A DNA stretch of 64,000 nucleotides from the human T2T-CHM13v2.0 reference genome, Homo sapiens. Under the pieces are notes generated by a model. That model searched no databases. It saw nothing but the letters and a program-made list of their open reading frames with translations, and was not told the DNA's origin. Of this stretch, positions 39,518 to 53,560 are shown piece after piece. Location: the NCBI RefSeq assembly GCF_009914755.1, contig NC_060926.1. One strand, 5' to 3'. Position 1 is the stretch's first letter. Each line of letters starts with the position of its first letter. The translations under genes were made by a program, and so were the position numbers.

Positions 39518-41044
39518 GATGGGATGATTTCATGCTATTAGTCTCATGTAGACTCCACTGCCTGCTTTTGCTTCTTTAACACTGCCCACGCCTCTCTACA
39601 GAATGATTTTTATTAGATTCTCTTCAGTTGAAACCATCCAGGTGGAAATTCTCCTTCAGGCTAGGAACCCAACACCTTGAAATAAAGTTGTTCCTGACAT
39701 TGTTCAAAAACTATGAACATATGTTATTTCTTATGATCCACACAACCACCTTGAAAGTTGATAGCACAGATATAACTTAGTAAATGAGGAAAAAGAGTTT
39801 CAGATAGACTGAGACTGGTCCCTCTGGGTGGCTAATTTGCTTCAAATCTTAGAGTGAATTTAGGTGGCTCCTACTTCATATTCTTTTTATAACACACTAT
39901 AGACAGTGTTGTAATATAACCTATGAGTTTTTGTGTGTGTGTTTCCTCTTAATAGTGCATTTCTAATTGCATTTTACTTTTAAAATGATAGAGACTAGTT
40001 TCAATCCCCAGAGGGAGCAAAAACCATACTCTAAGCTTTCTTAGAAAGGAACAAAATAACATATGTTCTAGGGACAAACTTAACTTGACCAATAGTGAAC
40101 TCAGCAAAGAATGGCAAGACACTTAGCCATAGGATTTAACAATACCTAAATTAGTTTTTGGTCCCTGATTACCACAAACTAGGCATCAGGAAAATGCAGA
40201 AGGGTGCTTGATATTGAATTAGAAATTTTAATTATTAGTACAATAATCCTGAAGTCTTTCCATCAGGACCATTATTCACATATATGAATACAATAAGTTA
40301 TGCTCTTGAAAAAGAAATCTTGAAACAGTTCACATTTATGAGAAAAAATGTAAAGGTGGATAAGCTTACTGGATGTGCTTTATACTTTATTTTTATTCAA
40401 ATTTCTTTTTATTCAAGTTTCAGTATCAAATACTAGGGCTTATTATTACAGAAGTGTAAACATGTTTAAAAAGATTTCCATTGCAATGGAAGATAATCTA
40501 AATGTTAGTCAATAATAAATTATGATACTTCCATTTAATGGAATGCATATTATATATTTAAATGAAAGAGTATATTGCAAAACAGCATGTACTACATGAG
40601 TTCAGTTTTTCAAATGTGTATGTGTATATGGGTACATACACAATTATACAATAAATATTTGGAAAAAATTCTAGTATATTTAGCAAAAGGTAAATAATGG
40701 TCATCTTAGGATGAGTAGTATAGATGGAATTCATTTTCTATATTATAGTTACATATTTTCTGATTTTGCAAATTTCTGGAAAAAAGTAGGTAAATTTCTG
40801 AATTTATAAGTTTTCTAAATTTTGGCAATAAACAGACATTGCCTTTAGAATACCTATATGACAGATGAAATATAATAGTGGTGTTCAAAAAAAAATAATG
40901 AAAGAAAGAGGCAGATGTTTTAAGGAGCTAAAAGTAGACACGCAAGAATATACGGTGGTTCACAAGTTTAGAGAGTAGTCTAGAATAATAAAAAATTAAA
41001 AATAACAACAAACAGCATAAATAATTTTATATTTATTAGGTTAT

Positions 41045-41227
41045 TTTATGATAAAAATTCTTAACGAACTAGATATAGAAAGAATGTACCTCGACATAAT
41101 AGAGACCATGCATGACAAACCCACAGTTAATAACATACTCAGTGGTGGAAAACCGAAAGCTTTTTCTCTAAAATCAAGAGAAAGCAAGCATGCCCACTCT
41201 CACCACTTCTTTTCAACATGTATTACT
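41045..41227 (+). mobile_element. Isolated internal L1 ORF2 (RT-region) fragment
   Basis: ORF 41048-41233 MIKILNELDIERMYLDIIETMHDKPTVNNILSG resembles L1 ORF2. Confidence 0.8.
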
Positions 41228-42919
41228 TTTTGAATATTTAGGAATTATTTTACAGTGTGGAGATTTTGTAAAATACAAAAAAAGTTAAGTAAAATTAAAA
41301 TTAAATTACAACTAGGATTGTGTTTTGTGTTTAGGAGTATACTTTTAATTAATATTTATAAATGAATCTACCAGATTAAAAGACATAATTATAGAATTTA
41401 GGCATTTACAGTGGAACAAATGTTCTTTAACATGTTGGAAAAAAAGATGCTACCTGCATAATTGATAAACTATAATTAGAAGAAAAGATTAGAAGTATAG
41501 AGAATTACATCTCCAGAAAACCAGAGGAAGAGGTGACTTGGATATCTCTTGAACATTCCTCTTAGTTATTGACAAACTATCAGATTAAAAACAAAACAGT
41601 AAAATCAAAAGAATTTAGTCAATATGTAAAATCTGTCTTTTACTTAGAGTTTAGGTTTACTGCTTTACCTAATGAGAGCCAAAAGCTGCCATTGCTTAAT
41701 CAGTGAAAGAGGTAGGAAGTATCAGTCAGGGAACAAAAAGCAAGGAGCAGAGAGCTTCTAAACAAGACTCTGAGCTTTCTATTTTTTGCTGTGTGGTTAA
41801 GTTCCCTTCCAGGGTGCTGAATGGAAGCAACCGGCTTGCTTGTGCAGAAGGATTATCAGTAGTAGACACAGCTGTTCAGGTCTGGCACACAGTGGTTTGG
41901 TTTGGTTTGGTTTTCTCAATTTGCCAGCTCTCTAACCTCCCTCACCCCACAGCTGTTGCTCAGAGTCCTCTAATCCTCCTCAGAGAACACAAGAACTAAG
42001 CCTGGAGCCTACCTCTACCACCCTTACCCCCAAAGGTAAGCTGCCATCACAGATAGTAAGGTTATTTTCTCTTTGCTGTTTTGAAACAATGTTTGGAAAA
42101 AATTTGAGAAAGTGTACATAGTAAGAAAAGTTTGATCTCCACTTATATGAAACCCATGTCTACTGCTGCCTTTTGAAATCTTGGCTTTCATTATGATTCA
42201 TACAAGCAAATGCAATGTTGGAGGAAATATCTTCACCACACCTCAAGAAGGAAGAATGTTGGTTTCAGAGCCCTACAGCATTTATCTAGATGTCAGGTAT
42301 TAAAAAGCCCAACTAAAAACAAACAATGAATACCAAAATAATTTTTAACTACACAAAGACTTAATTTGTGAAAAATTTCCTATCTCTAGGACTTGACTAA
42401 ATAGAAAACAATAAAACACCGAGTTAAAGCTAGATTTTTCTAATTTGTAAACCACTCAATTTGTTCATCAATGATAATAATAAAAAATCTAGGTTGGTGA
42501 ATATTTTTCATCAAATGAGTGGGAAATATTTTTCTTTGATTATCTTATCCACTCATTCATTTGGTTTACAAATATTTGTTAACTACCTGCTATGTGTCAG
42601 CAAGGTTCTAGGTACTCAAGACACAATAATAATCAGAAGTTACCAAAACCTAAACAAACAAACATACAAAAACCCTTGGCCTCACTGAATTTAAATTCCA
42701 GCATGGGAGGCATATCATAAACAATGGACATAATAAATAAATAAACTATCAGGATTTTAGAAAATGATACATGCTATGAACAAAAATAAAGTGAGATATA
42801 GATTAGAAGTTCTTGGGAGATTAGCAATTTGAATAGTTGGTGAAGGCAAGACTTATTGAGGAACTGATAATTTGATCAATGACTTTAAAGAGGTGAGGAA
42901 GTTAGCCATGTGCTGTTTT

Positions 42920-43266
42920 TTTCCATAAGTTATTGGGGTACAAGTGGTATTTGATTACATGAGTAAATTCTTTAGTGGTGATTTGTGAGATCCTGGTGCA
43001 CCCATCACCCAAGCAGTAAACACTGCACAGTATTTGTTGTCTTTTATCCCTCACCCCTCTCCCACTCTTCCCTGCAAGTCCCCAAAGTCCATTGTATCAT
43101 TCTTATGCCTTTGCTTCTTCATAGCTTAGCTCCCACATATCAGTGAGAACATATGATGTTTGGTTTTCCATTCCTGAGTTACTTCACTTCGAATAATAGT
43201 CTCCAATCTCATTCAGGTCATTGCAAATGCTGTTAATTCATTCTTTTTTATGGCTGAATAGTATTA

Positions 43267-43363
<97 letters not shown>

Positions 43364-46300
43364 ACAGTTTCTTTATCCCCTCATGGATTGATGGGCATTT
43401 GGGTTGGTTCCATAATTTTGCAATTGCGAATTGTGCTGCTATAAACATATGTGTGCAAGTATCTTTTTTTGAATAATGTCTTCTTTTCCTCTGAGAAGAT
43501 ACCTAGTGGTGGGATTGCTAGATCAAAAGGTAGTTCTACTTTTAGTTCTATAAGGAATCTCCACACTGTTTTCCATAGTGGCTGTACTAGTTTACATTCC
43601 CACCAGCAGTGTAGAAGTGTTCCCTGATCACTGCATCCATGCCAACATCTACTGTTTTTTTATTCTTTATTGCCATTCTTGCAAGAGTAAGGTGGTATCA
43701 CATTGTGATTTTTATTTGCATTTCCCTGATCTTTAGTGATGTTGAGCATTTTTTCATATGTTTGTTGGCCATTTGTATATCTTCTTTTGAGAACTGTCTA
43801 TTCATGACCTATTTCTCTTTGTTTTTATTGCAATTGCATTTGGGTTTTTGGTCATGAAATCCTTGCCTAAGCCAATGTTTAGAAGGGTTTTTCCCATATT
43901 ATCTTCTAGAATTTTATAATTTCAGGTTCTAGAGTTTTTTTAGTTTAGGTTTAAGTTCTTAATCTATCTTCAGTTGATTTTTGTATAAGGTGAGAGATGA
44001 GGATTCAGTTTCATTCTTCTAAATGTGGCTAGCCGACAGCACCATTTGTTGAAAAGGGTGTCCTTTTGCCACTTTATGTTTTTGTTGGCTTTGTTGAAGA
44101 TCAGTAGGCTATAAGTATTTGGGTTTATTTCTGGGTTCTCTATTCTATTCCATTGCTCTATGTGCCTATTTTTATACCAGTACCATGCTGTTTGGGCAAC
44201 GATGGCCTTGTAGTATAGTTTGAAATCAGTTACTGTGATGCCTCCAGTCTTGCACTTTTTGCTTAGTCTTGCTTTGGTTATAAGAGCTCTTTTTTGGTAC
44301 CATATGAATTTTAGAATTGTTTTTTCTAACTCTGTGTATTTTGATGGGGATCATGTTGAATACATAGATTGCTTTTGGCAGTATGGTCATTTTCACCATA
44401 TTGATTCTACTCATCCATGAGCATGGGATGTGGTTCCATTTGCTTGTATCATCTACGATTTCTTTCAGCAGGTTTTGTAGTTTTCCTTGTAGAGGTCTTT
44501 TGACTCCTTTGTTAGGTATATTCCTAAGTATTTTTTATTTCAGCTATTGTAAAAGGGGTTAAGTTCTTGATTCGATTCCCTGCTTGGTCACCATTGGTGT
44601 ATAGAAGAGCTACTAATTTGTGTACATTAATCTTGTATCTGGAAACTTTGCTGAATTCTTTCATCAGTTCTAGGAACTTTCTGTAGGAATCCTTAAGGTT
44701 TTCAAGGTAAACAATGATGTCATCAGCAAACAGGGACAGTTTGACTTCCTCTTTACTGATTTGGATGCCCTTTATTTCTGTCTCTTGTCTGGTTGCTCTG
44801 GCTAGGATGTTCAGTACTATGTCGAAGAGAAGTGGTAAGAGTGGGCATCTTTTTCTCATCCCCATGCTCAGAGAGAATGTTTTCAACTTTTCCCTATTCA
44901 GTATAATGTTGGCTGTGGGTTTGTCATAGATGGCTTTTATTACATAAAGGTATGTCCCTTGTATGCCAATTTTGCTGACAGTTTTAATCATAAAGGGATG
45001 CTGGATTTTGTCAAATGTTTTTTCTGTATCTATTGAGTTGATCTTGCGATTTTTGTTTTTAATTATGTTTATGTGGTGTATCACATTTATTGACTCGCAT
45101 ATGTTAAACCATCCCTGCATCCCTGGTATGAAACCCATTTGATCATGGTGGATTATCTTTTTGATATGTTGTTTGATTTGGTTAGCTAGTATTTTTTTGA
45201 GGATTTTAGCATCTATGTTCATCAAGGATATTGGTCTGTAGTCTTCTTTCTTGGTTGTGTCTTTTCCTGGTTTTGTTACTCGGGTGATGCTGGCTTCATA
45301 GAACGAATTAGGGAGGGTTCCTTCCTTCTCTATCTTGTGGAATAGTGTTGAAAGGATTGATACCAATTCTTTGAATGTCTGGTAAAATTCTGCTGTGGAT
45401 CCATCTAGTCCTGGACTTTTTTTTGTTGGTAATTTTTTAATTACCATTTCAATCTTGCTGCTTGTTATTAGTCTGTTCAGGGTACCTAATTCTTCCTGAT
45501 TTAAGCTAGAAGGGTTGTATTTTTCCAGGAATTTATCTATCTTTCTAAGTTTTCTAGTTTATGTGCCTAAAGGTCTTCACAGTACCCTTGAATGATCTTT
45601 TATATTTCAGTGGTGTCAGTTGTAATAGCTCCTGTTTTATTTCTCAGTGAGGTTATTTGGATTTTTCTCTCTTCTAACTTCTTTCTAACTTCTTGCTAAC
45701 GGTCTATCAATTTTATTTATCTTTTCAAAGAACCAGCTTGTTGTTTCATTTGTCTTTTGTATTTTTTGGCTTGTTTGTTTCCATTTTGTTTAGTTCTGCT
45801 CTGATCTTGGTTATTTCCTTTCTTCTGCTGGGTTTGGGTTTGGTTTGTTCTTGTTTCTCTAGTTCCTTGAGGTGTGACCTTAGACTGTCTGTTTGTGCTC
45901 TTTCAGACTTTTTAATGTAGATATTTAAGGCTATGAACTTTCCTCTTAGCACTGCCTTAGCTGTATCCCAGAGGTTTTTGATAGATTGTGTCATTATTAT
46001 CAGTCAGTTTGAAGAATTTTTAATTTCCATCTTGATTTCGTTTTCGACCCAATGCTCATTCAGGAGCAGGTTATTTAATTTCCATGTATTTCCATGGTTT
46101 TGAAGGTTCCTTTTGGAGTTGATTTCCAGTTTTATTCCACTGTGGTCTGAGAAAGTGCTTGATATAATTTCAATTTTCTTAAATTTATTAAGGCATATTT
46201 TATGGCCTATTATATCTTGGAGAAAGTTCCATGTGCTGCTGAATAAAATGCGTATTCTGCCTTTGTTGAATGAAATGTTCTGTATATATCTGTTAAGTCC

Positions 46301-49300
46301 ATTTGTTCCAGGGTATAGTTTAAATCCATTGTTTCTTTGTTGACTTTCTGTCTTGATGACCTGTCTAGTGCTATCAGTGGAGTACTGAAGTCACCCACTA
46401 TTATTGTGTTGCTGTGTGTCTCATTTCTTAGGTCTATTAGTAATTGATTTATAAATTTGGGAGTTCCAGTGTTAAGTGCATATATGTTTAAGATTGTGAT
46501 TTTTTCTTTTGGACAAGGCCTTTTACCATTATGTAATGACCCTCTTTATCTGTTTTAACTGCTGTTGCATTAAAGTTTGTTTTGCCTGATATAAAAATAG
46601 CTATCCCTGCTTGCTTTTGGTGTCCATTTGCATGAAATGCCTTTTTCCACCACTTTACTTTAAGTTTATGTGAGTCCTTATGTGTTAGGTAAGTCTCCTG
46701 AAGGCAGTAGATAGTAGGTTGGTGAGTTTTTATCCATTCTGTGATTCTGTATCTTTTAAGTGCCACATTTAGGCCATTTACATTCAATGTTAAAATGGAA
46801 ATGTGAGGTACCATTGGATTCATTGTGCTTTTTGTTGACTGTGTACTTTGTTTTTGTTTTGTTTTTCTTTGCTTTTTAACATGTATTTTTGTTTTATAGG
46901 TCCTGTGATTTATGCTTTAAAGAGGTTCTGTTTTGATGTGTTTCCAGGATTTGTTTCAAGATTTAGAGCTCCTTTTAGCATTTCTTGTAGTGGTGGCTTG
47001 GTAATGCTAAATTCTTACAGCATTTGTTTTCTGAAAATGACTGTATCTTTCCTTCATATATGATGCTTAGTTTCTCTGGATACAAAATTCTTGGCTGATA
47101 ATTGTTTTGTTTGAGGAGGATGAAGATAGGGCCCCAATCCCTTCTAGCTTGTAGGGTTTCTGCTGAGAAATCTTCTATTAATGCGATAGGTTTTCCTTTA
47201 TAGGTTACCTGGTGCTTCTCTCTCACAGCTCTTAAGATTCTTTCCTTTGTCTTAACTTTGGATAGCCTGATGACACATACCTACATAAGGATCTTTTTTG
47301 CAATGAATTTTCCAGGTGTCCTTTGTGCTTCTTGTATTTGGATGTCTATGTCTCTAGCAAGGCTAGGGAAGTTTTCCTCAATTATTCCCTGGAATATGTT
47401 TTCCAAGCTTTTAGAATCCTCTTCTTCTTCAGGAACACTGATTATTCTTAGGGTTGGTCGTTTAACATAATCCTAGACTTCTTGGAGGCTTTGTTCATAT
47501 TTTCTTATTCTTTTTTCTTTGTCTTTCTTGGATTGGGTTAATTTGAAGACCTTGTCTTTGGGCTCTCAATTTGTTTCTTCTACTTATTCTATTCCTGACA
47601 CTTTTCCAGAGCATTTCACATTTCTAAAAGTGTGTCCAAAGTTTACTGAATTTTGGATTGTTTTTTCTTTAAGCTATTTATTTCTTAGAATATTTCTCCC
47701 TTCACTTCTTGTTTCATTTTTTGGATTTCCTTGCATTGGGCTTCTCCTTTATCTGGTCCCTCCCTGATTAGCTTAATAATTAACCTCCTGAATTCATTCT
47801 CAGGTAAATCAGGGATTTCTTCTTGGTTTGGATCAATTGGTGGTGAACTAGTGTAATTTTGGTGGGGAGTGTGGATGAGCCTTGTTTTGTCACATTACCA
47901 GCATTGGTTTTCTGGTTCCTTCTCATTTGGGTACGCTCTGTCAGAGGGAAGGTCTATGGCTAAAGGCTGTTGTTCAGATTTTTTTGTCTCACAGGGTGTT
48001 CCCTTGATGTAGTACTCTCCCCCTTTTCCTATGGATGTGGCTTCCTATGAGCCAAACTGCAGTGATTGTTTCTCTTCTGGGTCTAGCCACCCAGCAAATC
48101 TACCTGGCTCTGGGCTGTTACTGGGTGTTGTCTACACAGAGTCCTGTGATGTGAACCATCTATGGGTCTCTCAGCTGTGGATACCAGCGCCTGCTCCAGT
48201 GGAGGTGGTGGAGGGTGCGATGGACTCCGTGAAGGTTCTTAGCTTTGGTGGTTTAATGCTCTATTTTTGTGCTGGTTGGCCTTCTGCCAGGAGGTGGTGC
48301 TTTCCAGAAAGTATCAGCTGTAGTAGTATGAAGAGGAACCGGCAGTGAGCAGGGCCCTAGAACTCCCAAGATTATATGTCCTTTGTCTTCTGCTACCAGG
48401 GTAGGTAGGGAAGGACCATCAGGTGGGGGCAGGGCTAGGCGTGTCTGAGCTCAGACTCTCCTTGGGCAGGTCTTACTGGTACTGCTGAGGCGGATAAGGG
48501 TGAGATTCCCAGGTCACTGGAGTTGTTTACTTAGGAGGCTTCTGGCTGCCTCTGCTGAGTCATGCAGGTTGTAAGGGAAGTGGGGGAAAGCTGGCAGTCA
48601 CAGGCCTCACCCAGCTCCCACACAAACTGAAGGGCCAGTCTCATTCCCACTGTGTCCCCCGCAACAGCCCCAAGTCTGTTTCCAGACAGAGGGCGAGTCA
48701 GGCTTGAAAACTTGCCCAAGGCTTTCCACCTCCCAGCTGTGAAAGAAAAGGGCTTTAGTTCTTCCCCCGCCTGTGAAGTCTGCAAGCCAGATTCACACCC
48801 TCCCCCAAGTTCTGCCCAGGAGGCTTCTCGCCCCGCTCAAATTGTTATAAAGTTCAGCTAGGGAAGATTTTCTTTCCGTGGAGTTATTCCCCCTGCTCCA
48901 CTGGCCTCCCTCCTGATGGATCCCTATGGTGTCAGGCAGGAATGGGCTGCTTGAGGATTCAGCGAGATCCCAGGGCCTCCCTGCTGCCTCCTCCACCCCT
49001 GTATTTCGCTCGGCTCAGCTCTCTAACTTGACTCAGTTCCAAGTAAAGTTGGGAACTTCGCTGGCAAACAGACTTCAGCTTCTCTAGTCGGGGGGTGTGT
49101 TCAGAAGAGGAGGGTCTCCCTTTTCCACGTCCGTAGTTGGGGCACTCACAGTATTTGGAATGTCTACTGGGTACGGCAAGAGCAGTCCGCTTCCTTCAGA
49201 GGGTCTGTGGTCCTCTCAGAATTGCTGTTTTGTCCTTGCAGTCGATCTGGAGCTAAAATTCACAATGCAAGCCTCTGCATGCTGCTCTGTCTGGAGCTGC

Positions 49301-49343
49301 AATCTAGTCCTGCCTCCCATCCACCATGATCCTGAGATCACCT
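42920..49343 (-). mobile_element. Full-length L1PB1-like element, decayed ORFs
   Basis: 5' end on minus reads ggatcatggtggatgggaggcaggactagattgcagctcc; ORF1 piece 46975-47226; ORF2 pieces 46488-46823 (LTLNVNGLN..CLQET), 45746-45994 and 44524-45447 (FADD); TSD ccatgtgct(g/a)tttt at 42906-42919 and 49344-49357. Confidence 0.95.
43271..43362. repeat. Compound (AT)31(AC)15 microsatellite in the L1PB 3' region
   Basis: Direct count: AT at 43271-43332, AC at 43333-43362. Confidence 0.95.
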
Positions 49344-51762
49344 CCATGTGCTATTTTAGAAGACATTTTATTCAGAGATAATAGGAGGCAGGGAGGCCAG
49401 TGTCGATAAAGATGAGTAAGAGGAAGAGAGGTAGCAGATGAGAAGGAATGATGATCAGGCTATGTGAGCCTTTGTTGAATACATTGAGGACATGGCCTTT
49501 TTTTTCTGAAATGGGAGCAATGTGAAGGTTGTTTCATAAGTGTCCTTTAGCTGTAAAATTCCTTGTGGCATGGGAGTATCAGCAGAAACACGGAGACCAG
49601 TTATGAGGCTTTTGCAGTAATTTGGATGACATAATGGATACCCTACTACCAGGATAAAAGTAACTTAAAATATTTTTTGCTGAATGAAAAATTTTTGGTC
49701 AAATTTTTAAGTCAGCATTATAAAAAGATTATAATTATAAAATGATTGTCAATTAAAATTCCTACCATGGAAGTCCTCAGAAAAGGGCAAGTTGGAGATG
49801 TAGGCCAAGTTGTCAACTGCACATGCATCCTGGTATTGGGGTTCTGAAATGTTTTATCTTCCCCCAAGTGTCCCTCTAATAGTTTGTCATGGTGACATGG
49901 TGACCCTACACAGTCATTATAAATATGCTCAGTACCTGGGAGGGAAGATAGGAGCTTACTAACAATTTAGATCCTATGAGTACACTGGATAACATTTTAA
50001 ATTGTGTAGTCAGGGCCTTCTAAATCAGAAACTGGAGAAAAAGTTATTGCAAACCTAACTATTTTGGTTACGAGGAGGCAATTATAATAAAAGGAAATCT
50101 CTACCTGGATCATTTGCTATGGCTGTCCATGTACAACACAGAGTTTCTGCCATGGCGAGCATCTGTAACTCGTACTAAACACAGGAAGTTAGGGTGGGAG
50201 AGAGGTCTGAATCAAGATAAAGAGGCTACTGCATTCCCACATTTCTCAGTCTGTTTCATAAAATAGAAATTGTTAGAGAAATAAACAGTCATTTCCAAAA
50301 AAAGAGTCCTGGGAAATGATGCCTTCAACAAATTTAAATAAGTTTATTTCCATCAAAGCTTGTCGGAGCCTTTAATATGGTAATTTTCATCACAAAAATT
50401 CAAGAGTTTAATATTAATATAATATGCTCAATTTCTCAATGTTATTTGACAGTGTTACTCTACAGTAAATTCTTTTCAATCTTCTTTGTATCTTTCACCA
50501 TCCTAGCACCTCGCATCGTGCTTTGAGTAGGAAATAAGAGAGTAAATAAATCCATCTTCCTAATTCTACAATTAACTTGTTTTCTAATGAAGACTCCAAA
50601 AGTGTATGACTCAACTCTAATATCTAAAATATCACAGAAAAGCAGCATTTTCAAATTTAAAAAAAAAAGGGAAATAGATGTGGCTCTAATTATAATGCTT
50701 TCTCTTTCTGTAAAGATCTTGAATCGTGTAATTTACAAAATCATTTTCAGTAGTCTATAAATACTAAATAATAGTTAGATATCCATATATGTATATCTCT
50801 ACATACATATACACATAGTCTTACAATTGTAACACAGCTTATACAAATGTGAGCTTAACTTCGAGGTATGGTTGCTTTAATATATCATTCTTCTAAATAA
50901 TAAGTACTTGAAACAATCAGTATACTTGTCTTTTGTCATTTACTATGCAAGGTAAATTGAGTAAGAATTTAACCCAATGTGATCCTAAGTCAAAAATCAA
51001 TGTTTTGTTTATCTACTCCTAACAAGTATAAAGACAGAATGTGAATTAACTAGATATTAATCTATTTTATAACACACTTGCAATAAGTAACCTGAAACTC
51101 TTATTTGTCTACATTCTCAGTCCATTAAGTAGCTTCATTTCAAATAACTAAATAACTATAGATATCATCAAAAGTCTTTGAACCAGTCATTTAGAAGCTT
51201 TTGTATGCCAGGAATTCTATTCTTCAAAAACATATATTTGGGATTGTAATGGTAACTAATCAGTTTACATCTGTGAGTGTTGTCTTTGTACACGCACATT
51301 CGCACACTATAAATGTAGGGTTTTCTTCCTGAATATCCTGTCTCCACTATGAATTGAAATGAATTGATAGTGAAATTTTATTTTTAAAATTGTAAAAAAT
51401 TTCCTATGCATAAAATAACAGCAAACATTCTTTCATCTACTCTGTCAGGTTCATTCTATAATGAATAGTAAAACACCTTTTATTATGTAATTGGAAACAG
51501 GTTATTTTCAAAAAGAATTTTTAATTAAAAACATCTACCAAAAAATTTGCCTTCTAAAAAGAACAAGAACATTTAAAAGTTTTAGAAGCTCTAGCTAGCC
51601 CATCTGGCCAATATAATGGTCACAGGTGGACTCAAGAATGTGTATATAGCTATCCCCAGAAAGGTTCCTGGAAACCTCTCCTCTCAGAGCCTGTCCATCT
51701 CTCAGTGGGGCAGGGGCATCTTCCTCTAATACACAGAGGCAGTGCTATATTGCATCAATTGG

Positions 51763-52066
51763 TGTCTTAGTCTATTCAGTCTGCTATTAAAAAAATCTCA
51801 TAAATTGGGTGTCTTATAAACAACAGATATTTATTTTTCAGAGTTCTAGAGTCTAGGGGGTCCAAAATCAAGGTGCCAGCAAATTCTGTGTCTGCCGAGG
51901 GCCTGTTTTCTGGTTCATAGACAGCACTTTCTTACTGTGTCCTTATATGGTATAAGAGGCCAGGGGTCTCCCTTGGGCATCCCTGTCTCCTAATACCATC
52001 ACTTTGTGGGGAGGTAGGATTTTGACATCCGAATTTTGGGAGGACACAAACATTCAGACTGTAGCA
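51763..52066 (-). mobile_element. MLT1A0-like LTR, internally deleted
   Basis: tgtcttagtc...ataaacaacaga...aaggtgccagca...gacacaaacattcagactgtagca; TSD-like attgg/atagg. Confidence 0.85.
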
Positions 52067-53560
52067 ATAGGAGAGGCACTCAATTAGATATGTTTGCACA
52101 AAGAAAAAGCAATGACTATTTTGATATTCATGATACTTATTAATATAGTTGATAGTATTTGGCATATTGTAGGTTTAGATATGGAATTTAATAACTTTAT
52201 AAGTCACCTATAATCATAATTCCCCAAACTCTTTGAGGTAAAAAGAATTAATGGAAAAAAAGAAAATGAAAGGCTTTCTTTTTTTCTGATTTTGAACAGA
52301 TGCACTTCAGAAAAATGGTGGTAGTGTCCTTTTGGTAAATCAGAATGTCAGCTGAGTATTTTTAAAAGTAAAAAAAAAAATAAAATCCTGGACTTTCTCC
52401 GAAAGGTTAAAATGGTTTAAGTAAATTTAGTCAAAGTAAATGACATCTAGTGAAGAATACAAGGAAACTATATTTATTTATAAATGCTTTCACTTAAATT
52501 CTAAACAAGCAATTTACTAAGCTATAATTTCAAGGAATTGTGATGTGATTCTGACAAAGAATATCAAGAATTTTAAATGGTAAAGAAGTGATGGGTGGAC
52601 AAAGGAACACAGGTTGATAAAAAGATTAATCTACAGTCTCAGGCATCTTAATGTTACAATCTATGGTTATGAGTAATCATTTGGAAACAAAACTCCTCTA
52701 AGTGGCTCTTGTCCTTTTCCTGCCCTCACAGTACTTAACCAGCTGTAGCTGACATCAACGCAGGAAGTAGCCACATTTCTGCAAATCAGAGGCAGTTAAG
52801 AGAGACATATATTGTCAGCCATTAAACCAGCTTTTGATGTAGTATCAGGGTACAAGCTTTATCACTCAACATGTACATGAGGTTAGTTTAGTCATAGTGT
52901 GAAAGAATTATTTCATTTAGCAGATACTGACATTTCACCGAATAAAGTAAAAGTAAAATGAAATGCAATGAGTTAAAATAACAATATAAGTAGGTTATTA
53001 AGAATTAACACTGAATGCATCCAAACCTGTTTGTCTCCAAACATGTCTGACATCATGTTTACATGGTTATCAATGCCACAAACAGCAGAGGTCTGGCCTG
53101 GTGTGGGTCAAATACTGATAACTATTCAGCATTTGTTTTAAGGTAAGTTTGATTCCTTGGATATATTTCCATATTTATTTAATCCCTAGCAAAACATGCT
53201 TTGCCTTTTTATGTCATCTTAACAATAGTCAAGTTCAGATATTCAGGATACTTGGAAACTTCTGTGTACGGTAAAAGATGGATTGTTCTATCTCTCCTTT
53301 GTGTAGTCATTTACTAACACCAGAGTCACCCCCTTTCACTCCTTAATCACTTAGACAACAGGCTCATTGCCACTCTCCCTAGCATTACTCTGCTTGGTCT
53401 GAGTAACGTAACTGTCCACATCGACGGCTCTGTCAACACTCAGGTCCCTCATTCCTTTACTTCCACTCCTAGGCCTGTCTGCCATTCTCCTCTGCTGACT
53501 CAGATTCATGGGCATACCCTAGGGGTTGGCAAACTATCTCCATGGGCCAGCTACTTGTTT

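Larger units (their letters stand above)
38700..39680 (+). mobile_element. LTR33-like LTR (38700-38968 and 39518-39680) split by MLT1
   Basis: gcctaagagtgatgg continues after the insertion as gatgggatgatttc...ctgcccacgcctct...ctcttcagttgaaacc. Confidence 0.55.
42545..49640 (-). mobile_element. L2a (42545-42919 and 49344-49640) split by L1PB
   Basis: cattcatt...aatatttgttaactacctgctatgtgtcag; resumes after the TSD with gaggccagtgt...gagaccagttatgaggct. Confidence 0.75.
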
